The notes under the pieces were generated by a model. The model searched no databases. It was not told the origin of the DNA and saw only the letters and a list, made by a program, of their open reading frames with translations. Shown here in pieces: positions 19,045 through 27,683 of a stretch of 64,000 nt of DNA. Origin of the DNA: a virus (taxonomy: Duplodnaviria; Caudoviricetes); IMG/VR virus record IMGVR_UViG_3300020576_004326, positions 1 to 64,000 of that record, one strand, 5' to 3'. Numbering within the stretch: the first letter of the stretch is position 1; each line of letters starts with the position of its first letter. The position numbers and the translations under genes are program-made.

Positions 19045-19917
19045 TGCCTGGAGGCCGTCACCGCGACCATCGTCGGCAAGATCGTCGCCAAGGGCAAGAG
19101 CGTGTCGACGCTCCCTCGCCTAGAGCTGTTCGAGACGGGCGTGCACGCTCCTCGCAACTACAAGTCGTGGAACGGCATCGTCTCCTTCCTGTCGAACTCG
19201 CCCGAGCGCAACAAGATTCTGATGCGCCAGATTTTCAGAGACCTGCGCTCCGACGACAAGGCGTGCGTCGTGGTTCCCGTCGTGCGAGTGTCGCAGGTGC
19301 ACGAACTCGTCAAGATGGTGAACCAGCAGGCCGAGTACTGCCGCCAGCACAAGAACGAGAGCTGGCCCCGCGACATGGCCGTGGCCTACTACGGCAAGAC
19401 GGACACGGGAGCCGTACTCAGCCAGATACGCGCGGGCAAGGCTCGCGTCGTGATCGCAAACGTTCGCATGGTCCAGCACGGCCTCGACGTCGCTCGCTGG
19501 ACGCACGTCTACGTCGGTGTCATCCCCACCTCGAACGCGATGCTCACGTGGCAGCTGATCAACCGCGTGTGCACGCCGTACGACGCGAAGCTCAAGGCGC
19601 GCATCGGCGACAAGCCGCAGCCCGTGGCGCGCCTCGTAATAGACTCGGTGTCGGCCAGCGTCTACTGCTTCGCCGCCGTGTTCAAGGAGAAGCTGTACGG
19701 CTACCGAGCGGGCCTCGACGGGTCGAACTTCATCGAGAACCGAACGTACACCGCGTCTCGCCAGCAGCTAGAGCGCATGCAGTACATAGCGACGCACCCC
19801 AAGCTGTACGACGAGAAAGACGCGGGGGTCAAGGCGGCGTTCGGCCGCAACAAATACGGCAAAGAGAAGAAGCGTACGGTGTGGAGTCCGGGCACCAAGG
19901 GCATCCAGCGATTCTAA
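18913..19917 (+). CDS. SF2 helicase, C-terminal part, preceded by the split intein C-half
   Basis: First 44 aa are the intein C-half; then helicase C domain (VQHGLDVARW, QLINRVCTP). Confidence 0.85.
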   Translation: MLMTVRVTGIRQIEPSISIDLTVRENSNYFVADEGSSSLVLTHNCLEAVTATIVGKIVAKGKSVSTLPRLELFETGVHAPRNYKSWNGIVSFLSNSPERNKILMRQIFRDLRSDDKACVVVPVVRVSQVHELVKMVNQQAEYCRQHKNESWPRDMAVAYYGKTDTGAVLSQIRAGKARVVIANVRMVQHGLDVARWTHVYVGVIPTSNAMLTWQLINRVCTPYDAKLKARIGDKPQPVARLVIDSVSASVYCFAAVFKEKLYGYRAGLDGSNFIENRTYTASRQQLERMQYIATHPKLYDEKDAGVKAAFGRNKYGKEKKRTVWSPGTKGIQRF

Positions 19918-19926
19918 GGAGACACC

Positions 19927-20331
19927 ATGACCACCTTCATTCAAAGGGATGCCGCAGTAGACGCCGTTCGCGTCAAGGCTACAGACTTTAACGGTAAGTC
20001 GTTCGACGGCGTACCTTTCAGCGACTGCCCGCAGTGGCTATCCAACTTGATCATCAAAGGCAGCGTAGCGATAGCTGCAGAACGCGGACGCGACTACGCT
20101 GTATGGGACGTGTCTGTTCACGGCGGTATACTTCGTGCGGAACCAGGCGACTGGATAGTTCGCGACTCGAAAGGAGTACTCCACGTATACAGGGACGACT
20201 GCTTCGCGGCCGCGTTCACGACGCGCAGCTCTTCGCTGGATATGACTGCCGACGACCGCGAGCGATATCTGTCGAAGCTGCTTTCTCTATCCGACATCGA
20301 CTCGTCGTTACCCGTGCAGCCAAGAGAGTAA
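19927..20331 (+). CDS. Phage hypothetical protein (PGDWIV motif family)
   Basis: AEPGDWIVRD...Y..DCF; aggaga RBS. Confidence 0.6.
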   Translation: MTTFIQRDAAVDAVRVKATDFNGKSFDGVPFSDCPQWLSNLIIKGSVAIAAERGRDYAVWDVSVHGGILRAEPGDWIVRDSKGVLHVYRDDCFAAAFTTRSSSLDMTADDRERYLSKLLSLSDIDSSLPVQPRE

Positions 20332-20356
20332 AGACTCTTCCGGAGGCTAAGCTCGC

Positions 20357-20962
20357 ATGAACAGGGAACAGAAGATCAACCTCGGCAAGCCGCTCGAGCT
20401 GCTCGGCCTGATGACGGCGCGCGGTGCCCCGCGCTACCTCATGAGAAACCGGATGGTGATCAGCGAGAGCGACTTGTCGTCGGCTAACGCCGAGGGCTAC
20501 AAGCCTATTATGCCTAGGATGCAGCTCGCGTACCTGCGCAAGTCTATCGAGCGTCCCGGCTACGGATCGTGGCTCATGGTGATCGGCTCGGCGGGAGAAG
20601 ACGCGCGGGCTCGCATCGCGGCTCTGGCGGTGATGCAGTCCGCCATGCTCGCCTCCCTCTCGGGCTCAGACCGACCGCTGTGGTGGCCCGTGTACGGAGG
20701 GCGCTGGGACAAGCTCCGCGACGACGAGCCCTGGCGCACCAGCCTGGGCCGTGTTGGGCTGCTCGTCATATCGAACGTCGCCGAGAACTCGACGCCCGAC
20801 AAGATCGAGAAGGTGGTAGACCTGCTCCACATGTACTCGAACATCCCCCGCGTGCTCATCGTCGACGGCGTCGATCCGCTAGAGTTCGCCGCCAGCAGGT
20901 TGTACCGCCGACCCAGCCGCGTAGTGTACGTGCGCCGCCGCGCTCGTTCGCAGCAGGTATGA
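20357..20962 (+). CDS. Hypothetical protein, possibly a degenerate DnaC/IstB-like helicase loader
   Basis: Alpha/beta pattern (LLVISNV...DLLHMYSN.P.VL) upstream of dnaB; no intact Walker A. Confidence 0.3.
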   Translation: MNREQKINLGKPLELLGLMTARGAPRYLMRNRMVISESDLSSANAEGYKPIMPRMQLAYLRKSIERPGYGSWLMVIGSAGEDARARIAALAVMQSAMLASLSGSDRPLWWPVYGGRWDKLRDDEPWRTSLGRVGLLVISNVAENSTPDKIEKVVDLLHMYSNIPRVLIVDGVDPLEFAASRLYRRPSRVVYVRRRARSQQV

Positions 20963-20984
20963 ACCTGACAGAAAGAGGATCGCA

Positions 20985-21032
20985 GTGAGGCTGTATTCTA
21001 CAAACGGGGCTGCTACATGCGCGTACAGGTGA
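20985..21032 (+). pseudogene. Stranded original 5' end of dnaB
   Basis: GTG after agagga RBS, encodes VRLYSTN versus MRLYSVN at 21697; short match. Confidence 0.6.
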
Positions 21033-21700
21033 GCCGCGGTGATAGGTACGGGAGACTTACTGTACTGAGAGAGGTAGAATCTCCTTCTTATATTCGTAAG
21101 TTCGAATGTAGATGCGACTGCGGCAACAAGAGCGTTGTTTGGATGACGGGCCTACGATCCGGAAGGAGCTCTTCTTGCGGATGCCTCGCCACAGAGATAC
21201 GCAAGTCTCTTAAGTGCAACCTGAGACACGGTTTCCTCAGCGATCGAAAGACGGCTCCTCTATATCACGTGCACTACGACATGATGAAAAGGTGCTACGA
21301 TACCTCCAACTCTAACTACGGCAACTATGGAGGTAGGGGAATAACGGTATGCAAGAAGTGGCACGATCTTTCGTCCTTCGTAGACTGGAACGTCGGGCTT
21401 CCACCACGGAGTAGGTTCAGCAGAGGCAAGACGATAGAGCGCATAGACAACGATAAGGGGTACTGCCCAAGCAATTGCTGCTGGACTACCCGCACGCGTC
21501 AGAATCGAAATCAGCGCACTACAGTTCGTGTCAAATACAAGGGCAGGAACTGGGTTCTAGTAGACCTGTACGAGCATCTATTCGAATCGAGAGAGATTCC
21601 AGAGGGTGTCACGGCTCGCATAGTATATTGTCGTCTCAGAAAAGGCTCGTCCCTTAAGGCAGCTCTTTTCCAACCTTACCGTAGCCGGAGTTATCAATGA
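21017..21700 (+). mobile_element. HNH homing endonuclease
   Basis: YGGRGITVC...IERIDNDKGYCPSNCCW; low GC. Confidence 0.88.
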
Positions 21701-23079
21701 GGTTGTATTCGGTCAACTTGGAGTCCTTGGCCCTCAAGAGCATCACGACGGGCGACTCGCGCATCGCCAGCTGGATTCTGCCGCGCCTGACGCCCGACCA
21801 CTTCTCGCTCGACTCTACGAACGAGGCGTTTCGGCGAATGCAGACGAGGCTGCGCAAGTCGGGCAGCATACCCGAGTGGTCCGACCTCCTCGAAGATATG
21901 GCCATATCGCAAGACTCGCGCGACGAGCTGCGCGAGTTCGACGTGGACGCGGTAGCTAACAAGAAGGTGGCGCGCCGCCTAGTCGAGAAGCTAGACGACT
22001 ACCGCCGCGCTCGCGTGCTGTTCGGCGCCTCTACCCACATCGCCAAGGTTCTCAAGGGAGAGCGCGTCGACCTCGAAGAACTCACCGAGCGCGTGGCCGA
22101 TTTCTTGACCAAGTCGCGCGCTTCGTCCGACATGACGGAGCAGATGGTACACGTCGGCGACGACAAGTTCGACAAGGGATTCATCCAGAAGCTGCTCGTG
22201 GGCAAAGACTTCGAGTTCATACCCACGGGCATCCGCGCTTTCGACTCTCGCAATCAAGGCCTGCCGAGAGGCTCGGCGTTCATCGTGGCCGCCAACACCG
22301 GCGGCGGCAAGAGTCTCTTAGCCAACACGCTGGCGATCAACCAGTCTCGCATCGGAGCCAAGTGCGCAGTCGTCTCGCTAGAGATGTCTCGCGAGCACGT
22401 CGTTCGCCGCATGCTCGCCGCCCTGACCGAGATGCCGCTGTCGAAGATCAACCACGCGAAGCAGCTGTCGAACTCGGAGAAGAAGTCGATCCTGCAGACG
22501 TGGCTCGACTTCCACAAGAAGGTGCGCCGCAACGGCGGGCGCCTCACCGTACTGTCGCCCGAAGACGACGTGTCGATGGAAGACATCCTCACGCTGCTCA
22601 AGCCGTACGGGTACGACAACACCACCATCGACTACATCGGACTGCTCAAGAACATGGACGGCGAGGACCAGTGGCGCAAGCTGGGAGCTGCCGTGCGCTA
22701 CGCGGCGCGCTACGCGAGCGCTAACGACAACGTCGTCACCATCCTCGCGCAGCTATCGAGCGACGGCATCATCAAGTACTCGCGCGCGATGCAGGAGCAC
22801 GCCGCGCTCATGTGGCAGTGGATCACGACGCAAGAGTCGCGTGAGAGCGGCATCGCCACTATCTCGCAGCCGAAGGCTCGACAGCTGGAGGCTTTCGACT
22901 TCCCGCTGCAGGTAGACTTCTCGCGCATGAAGATGGGCGACCTGCCGGCAGAACTCATGGCGATGGCTACGGCCAAGAAGGGAGGCAAGGGTGAAGCCAC
23001 CAAGAAGGGCGACAAGGGCAGCGGCGGCAAGAGCCGCCCGCCGCGCGGACGCGACGCCGACGCCTCGTTCCAGATGTAA
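21697..23079 (+). CDS. dnaB: Replicative DnaB-like helicase
   Basis: Walker A AANTGGGKS, SLEMS, TIDYIGLL, LAQL, KARQ. Confidence 0.88.
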   Translation: MRLYSVNLESLALKSITTGDSRIASWILPRLTPDHFSLDSTNEAFRRMQTRLRKSGSIPEWSDLLEDMAISQDSRDELREFDVDAVANKKVARRLVEKLDDYRRARVLFGASTHIAKVLKGERVDLEELTERVADFLTKSRASSDMTEQMVHVGDDKFDKGFIQKLLVGKDFEFIPTGIRAFDSRNQGLPRGSAFIVAANTGGGKSLLANTLAINQSRIGAKCAVVSLEMSREHVVRRMLAALTEMPLSKINHAKQLSNSEKKSILQTWLDFHKKVRRNGGRLTVLSPEDDVSMEDILTLLKPYGYDNTTIDYIGLLKNMDGEDQWRKLGAAVRYAARYASANDNVVTILAQLSSDGIIKYSRAMQEHAALMWQWITTQESRESGIATISQPKARQLEAFDFPLQVDFSRMKMGDLPAELMAMATAKKGGKGEATKKGDKGSGGKSRPPRGRDADASFQM

Positions 23080-23083
23080 GTCT

Positions 23084-23659
23084 GTGGCGAAGCGCATACG
23101 ACTTGGTCCCAAGGACCAACTGAAGCTGCAAGAGCTGGCCCTGCGCTCACGCCGGGGCCGGGTTCTGCTGCGTGAGAAGCCCGCAGCGGTAGACGCTCGC
23201 ACCGCTCTCCGCAACAAGAAAGCCCTCGCGAAGTACGAGAAGCACGTCGAGCACGTATACCAAGACGTGCTAGAGTCGGTGCTTCGCGCCGTCGCAACCG
23301 CACAGGCCGTGAGCGACGTTAACGCCGCCCTAGAGAACGCGTTCGGCATGTCTGGAGTGTCGGTCGACGCCGGCCGCGTACAGGCCTCCGCACTCGAGGT
23401 ACTGCAGGTAGAAATCGCCGAGTCGCTCACTCGCAGGTCGACGGCCAGCGCGAAGTCTCGTCGCGAGCTAGTGTCGCGCATCGTCGCCCGCCTCGTACCC
23501 ACGCGCGACGGCGCTCCCTCTCCCACCTCGCACCCCGTGAAGGTCCCCACACGCGACGACCGCGTGGCAGACCTAGAGCGCGTCATATCGCGTGAGGTGA
23601 AGAGGTCTTTCCCGCCGCCGAAGCGCGTAACCGAAACTAGGGTCCGCATCGATGAGTAG
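23084..23659 (+). CDS. Hypothetical helical protein (possible terminase small subunit by position)
   Basis: GTG start just after dnaB; two genes upstream of TerL; positional guess only. Confidence 0.4.
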   Translation: MAKRIRLGPKDQLKLQELALRSRRGRVLLREKPAAVDARTALRNKKALAKYEKHVEHVYQDVLESVLRAVATAQAVSDVNAALENAFGMSGVSVDAGRVQASALEVLQVEIAESLTRRSTASAKSRRELVSRIVARLVPTRDGAPSPTSHPVKVPTRDDRVADLERVISREVKRSFPPPKRVTETRVRIDE

Positions 23660-23957
23660 AGTTCTTCCTCCGATTCCGTCGGCGCTGCTGATTAGCTGCA
23701 AGCGTCCCTACCGCGGCCCGATCGTGCCCGGCAGCATCTTCGCGTGGGAGCCCGACCTCCTGCACGCCCGTACGCTCTGCCTCGTCACCGACGTTCGCGA
23801 CGGGCTAGTCTACAGCACCGACCTCGACTACTCGAAGGAGGTGCACAACGACGAGTCTCGTTTCAGGGAAGCGTGCGTCCCCACGCTGTTCCAGCCGTGG
23901 CCTACCGAGAAGCCCGCGGTGGGGTCTATCCCCGACTTCGCTAGGGATTTCGCATGA
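23652..23957 (+). CDS. Hypothetical protein
   Basis: 101 aa, overlaps both neighbours at start and stop. Confidence 0.5.
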   Translation: MSRVLPPIPSALLISCKRPYRGPIVPGSIFAWEPDLLHARTLCLVTDVRDGLVYSTDLDYSKEVHNDESRFREACVPTLFQPWPTEKPAVGSIPDFARDFA

Positions 23958-26900
23958 GCAATCACGAAGGCAGGGGGTCGCCCGTAGACGCGACGGCCGA
24001 GACTAACTGCGGCAAGTGCGAGCTGCGCGACAAGTGCAGAGACTCGCGCAAGAGCAAGCGCTTCGCATGCACGTTCTTCGTGTTCGAAGAAGACTCGAAG
24101 AAGCTAGACGCCTCGAGCCGCGCCTTCCGCAAGATGATGCGCGAGCTAGTATCGTCGGAGACGGTGCTGTCGGACACGTACAACATCGACGACCGCGACC
24201 TCCCGCTCGCTCCGAACTACTACCAGTGGTGCGTCGGCGAGAAGTACCTCGCCGCCAGCCCGCCGCCCTACCCGTGGCAGCTGGAGGTGGGCCTCCACCT
24301 CTTCAACGACGTGTGCCCTAACCCGAAGTGCACCGACAAGCGGTGGTACACCGAGATACCGCACGATTGCGACGTGCGCGAGATACCCGAGCGCATGTCT
24401 CTGCGCCGTCGCGGCGTCTGTCCGAAGTGCAAGAAGACGCGCCTCGACTACATAAACGAGGGCGTCGAGAAAGATTACAACTCGTATGTGGGTACCGTGG
24501 GCCAGCGGTGCGTGACGGGAGACACGCTGGTAACCACCACGCGCGGCATCACTCGCATATCCGACTGGGCTCGCGGACTTGCTCCGGGGTGGCACGAGGG
24601 GCCCTTTTTCCGTCGCGGTAGGAAGCATTCGCTGTCTGTTATCGGCGAGAACGGCAATACCCTTAGGGTATCGCGCATCTGGGTTTCTAAGCCAGAGCGC
24701 GTTCACCGCGTCACCGTACGCGGCGGACTAGAGATAACGGGAACGGGCGACCACCCTATCATGATGCACTCCGGCTGGAAGAAGCTGAGAGACGTTCGTG
24801 CGGGAGACGTCGTTCCCGTATACTACGGCCAACGCGTGTGGGGGTCGGATAGGAAGCTGACGCCTGATCGCGCCCGGTTCTTGGGCTTCTGGGTGTCGGA
24901 AGGGTCTGGTAGCAAGAAGTCTGTACACGTCACCAACTACGACGACGAAGTGCGTGCGCTCTGTCGCGCCGAGATGGTCAGCCTGTCTCCGGGTGCAGAG
25001 ATCGTCGAGCGCGCACGAGGAGGCGTCGATCCCTCTCTTGGCCTCAAGCGCTGCGTAGGCTCGAAGGACAAGCTGCTCTACGCTAGAGTCGACAAGCTAG
25101 TGGACGGGCTGTGGCGCAAGAGTGCCGACAAGGTTATACCGCGCTCCGTACTAGAGAGCCCGGAGCACGTAGTCGCGGCGTTTCTGCAGGCGCTGTTCGA
25201 GGGAGACGGCTACGCGGGTAAGCGCGGCGTAGGATATGCCTCACTCAGCAAGAAGCTAGTGATGCAGATCAAGGTGGTGCTCGCCAACATGGGCATCGTC
25301 ACGAACATTCGCAAGCGCATGTCGTGGGCCACCAACGGCACGCCCGCTCAAGTCTCCAAGCCCTACTGGTCGCTCGGTATCAGCGGACCCGCACTAGTCG
25401 CGTTCGAGGAGAGGGTAGGTTTCTTCTCGGAGCGCAAACGGGCGGCGCTGCGTCGCGCCGTCGAGCGCTTCGTCAGTCGCGAGAGTGACGTGCCCTACTG
25501 GTACGATCGGTACCCGGAGGAGATAAAGCGCGCGTACCTCGAACTGGTAGCCCGCATAGATGCAGAGTGGTCGAAGTACGAGTCTGTAGGAACCCGCGGC
25601 TACACGAACGGCTGGGTGAGGTTCCGCTACGAGGTAGCAGACTGGCGTCGCCTCGAGTCGGAAAACGTATGCCTGTCCCGCAGCCGTCTACGACGCTACT
25701 GGAATAAGCTGCGCGCGTCTTCTCGCTGGTACGACTTGTCGCCTCCTCTCCGGGCAGACCTGCTAGCGTTCCACGACGTGTACCTGCAGAGCAACTGCTA
25801 CTGGACGGTAGTTAAGAAGACTGCCGTCAGCAAGAAGGCACGCAAGACCTACGACTTCTGCGTGCCCGAGCACCACAAGTTCATGGCCAACGGCCTGCTC
25901 AATCACAACAGCGGCAAGTGCATGTCGGGCTCCACGCTCGTCGCCACCGAGCGCGGCCTCGTACCCATACGCGAGGTAGAGGCCGGCGACTTCGTAGTGG
26001 TCGAGGGACGCGCGCACCGCGTGCTCGGTAAGGTGGCGTCGGGCACCAAGCCCGTGATCGAACTACGCACCAAGCGCGGCATCGTGCTCAAGCTGACTCC
26101 CGACCACAAGGTACTGGGGCCCGGAGGGTGGGTCGAGGCGAGAAACGCTAGGTCGGTGATGATCTGCGCGTCTTCTCTGCCCTGGGGCATCGAGACGTCT
26201 CTCCCTCCTGTAGACCGCAAAGAGAAGACGCTGGCCTGTGCGCTCACGCGCCTCACGCAGGAGGCGGCGCGATCCACCGTCCAGTCGATGGTCACCGAGT
26301 ACTCGGTGTCGGGCACAGACCTAGTGCTCAAGACGCGAGACTACCGCGTCGCGTCCGCCCTGCAGCAGTTCCTGCTTACGAAGAACGTGATCGTGCGCCG
26401 CGCCGTAGACCGCCTCGTGCTGTCGTCGCCGTGGGCGGCGCGCTACGCGGACCAGTTCGGCATCCCCGACCCTCGCGTCGAGTACGTGATCCGCAACGCC
26501 CCGTCCGACTACGAGTCGGTGCTGAGCAGGGCCACGTGCGAGTCGCTGTATAACACGCTGCAGACGGTCGAGGTAGTAGACCAGTGGCACGACCCCAGCA
26601 CGCTGCGCACCGCCTCCGAGTATCGCAACATCTGCATGGCCGGAGAGCTCACGCGCTCGGACGCAGACGCGTGCGCCGACGCCTACGAGAAGCTGCAGCC
26701 GAAGGATGCCTTCCTACGCTTCTTGGCCGTGCAGCGCCTGCGCGCCTGCGCTCGCGCCGAAGTAGACTACGACGAGGTCGTATCTAAGGCGCCCGCCGGG
26801 CGTGAGCAGGTGTACGACATAGAGGTCGAAGACGTGCATCGCTTCGTCGCTAACGGCGCGGTCGTGCACAACTCGTCGGGCCTGGGGTTCATCTGGTCGT

Positions 26901-27364
26901 ACCACACGCACACCCTGATCAAGCTCAAGAACCCCAGCGCGTTCTACGGAATCAAGGCGGGCACGATCCTGCACATGAACATGATCGGCCTCACCTACAC
27001 GGGCGTCAAGCAGGCCGTGTGGGACCCGTTCATGACGACGATGTCGGAGGCCCCCTGGTTCAAGTGTATAGCAGAAGGTGAACAAGTTCGCATGGCCGAC
27101 GGCTCCTTGCGATCTATACAGAACGTCCGATGCGGCGAGCGCGTTCGCACACTTGAGGGAGATTCGACAGTGGACGGTGTATTCGATAACGGTCTCAGAC
27201 GTATAGTGGAGATGGAGCTGTCTAGCGGACATAAGTTGCGATTAACTGAGGATCATAAAGTTCGCTGTGTAGTTGGAGGCGAGCTTGTATGGCTACCAAT
27301 TTCTAGTGTAAATGAAGATATGATGGTAGTCATCGAAAATGAAACTGACACCGACTCACCGTAG
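23954..27364 (+). CDS. terL: Terminase large subunit, N-terminal part, with two inteins and a split intein N-half
   Basis: After intein removal the Walker A reads VGQR-SGK-SS; continues in the 27525 ORF. Confidence 0.85.
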   Translation: MSNHEGRGSPVDATAETNCGKCELRDKCRDSRKSKRFACTFFVFEEDSKKLDASSRAFRKMMRELVSSETVLSDTYNIDDRDLPLAPNYYQWCVGEKYLAASPPPYPWQLEVGLHLFNDVCPNPKCTDKRWYTEIPHDCDVREIPERMSLRRRGVCPKCKKTRLDYINEGVEKDYNSYVGTVGQRCVTGDTLVTTTRGITRISDWARGLAPGWHEGPFFRRGRKHSLSVIGENGNTLRVSRIWVSKPERVHRVTVRGGLEITGTGDHPIMMHSGWKKLRDVRAGDVVPVYYGQRVWGSDRKLTPDRARFLGFWVSEGSGSKKSVHVTNYDDEVRALCRAEMVSLSPGAEIVERARGGVDPSLGLKRCVGSKDKLLYARVDKLVDGLWRKSADKVIPRSVLESPEHVVAAFLQALFEGDGYAGKRGVGYASLSKKLVMQIKVVLANMGIVTNIRKRMSWATNGTPAQVSKPYWSLGISGPALVAFEERVGFFSERKRAALRRAVERFVSRESDVPYWYDRYPEEIKRAYLELVARIDAEWSKYESVGTRGYTNGWVRFRYEVADWRRLESENVCLSRSRLRRYWNKLRASSRWYDLSPPLRADLLAFHDVYLQSNCYWTVVKKTAVSKKARKTYDFCVPEHHKFMANGLLNHNSGKCMSGSTLVATERGLVPIREVEAGDFVVVEGRAHRVLGKVASGTKPVIELRTKRGIVLKLTPDHKVLGPGGWVEARNARSVMICASSLPWGIETSLPPVDRKEKTLACALTRLTQEAARSTVQSMVTEYSVSGTDLVLKTRDYRVASALQQFLLTKNVIVRRAVDRLVLSSPWAARYADQFGIPDPRVEYVIRNAPSDYESVLSRATCESLYNTLQTVEVVDQWHDPSTLRTASEYRNICMAGELTRSDADACADAYEKLQPKDAFLRFLAVQRLRACARAEVDYDEVVSKAPAGREQVYDIEVEDVHRFVANGAVVHNSSGLGFIWSYHTHTLIKLKNPSAFYGIKAGTILHMNMIGLTYTGVKQAVWDPFMTTMSEAPWFKCIAEGEQVRMADGSLRSIQNVRCGERVRTLEGDSTVDGVFDNGLRRIVEMELSSGHKLRLTEDHKVRCVVGGELVWLPISSVNEDMMVVIENETDTDSP
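24509..25909 (+). mobile_element. Intein 1 of TerL (467 aa) with LAGLIDADG endonuclease
   Basis: CVTGDTLV ... NGLLNHN|S; FLGFWVSEGS and FLQALFEGDG blocks. Confidence 0.93.
25919..26872 (+). mobile_element. Intein 2 of TerL (318 aa), degenerate endonuclease
   Basis: CMSGSTLV, LTPDHKV ... NGAVVHN|S. Confidence 0.92.
27065..27364 (+). mobile_element. Split intein N-half (99 aa) of TerL
   Basis: CIAEGEQV, LTEDHKV, then TAG; AT-rich. Confidence 0.88.
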
Positions 27365-27628
27365 GCAGCGGATACTAGAAACCTTGCGATTAGCCAAAAA
27401 ACACGGCTGCTAATCGAAGTCAAGAGTTGGTACACGTACAAGTGTTCCTACGAGCTTAATAGAACAAAGCGGCGCGCGGCAAAGCGCGCCGGTTTTCGCT
27501 TCATGTTTCTAGTCATGAACAGAGATGGAACGCGCAGAGATGTCTCTAGTAAAATTGAAGGACGGAAGCAGCGTATCCGTCGCCCGTCTATCGAGAAAGA
27601 CTCTCGTAGGAGAAGCGCGAGTTTTTGA
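27339..27628 (+). pseudogene. Internally deleted PD-(D/E)xK homing endonuclease relic between the split intein halves
   Basis: ATG-led MKLTPTHRRQRILETLRLAKK (27339-27413); in another frame LLIEVKSWYTY...KRRAAKRAGFRF, matching the C-termini of the two intact PD-(D/E)xK ORFs. Confidence 0.75.
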
Positions 27629-27683
27629 TATAGAGGTTCGAGATCACCATAACTTTTATGCGGGTGGTATCAACGTACACAAC
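27525..27683 (+). mobile_element. Split intein C-half (48-53 aa) of TerL
   Basis: VFDIEVRDHHNFYAGGINVHN followed by Cys. Confidence 0.9.

Noticed and set aside
22753-23649. Long antisense and alternative-frame ORFs (also 27908..28948, 30452..31345, 37920..38819 and many others)
   Set aside because: They are Arg/Ala/Ser-rich shadow ORFs expected in GC-rich DNA, overlap well-supported genes and have no motifs.
27362-27364. TAG recoding or read-through as an explanation for the fragmented terminase and helicase
   Set aside because: Long conserved ORFs contain no internal TAG and many genes end in TAG; read-through here leads into the endonuclease relic frame, not the frame of the intein C-half.
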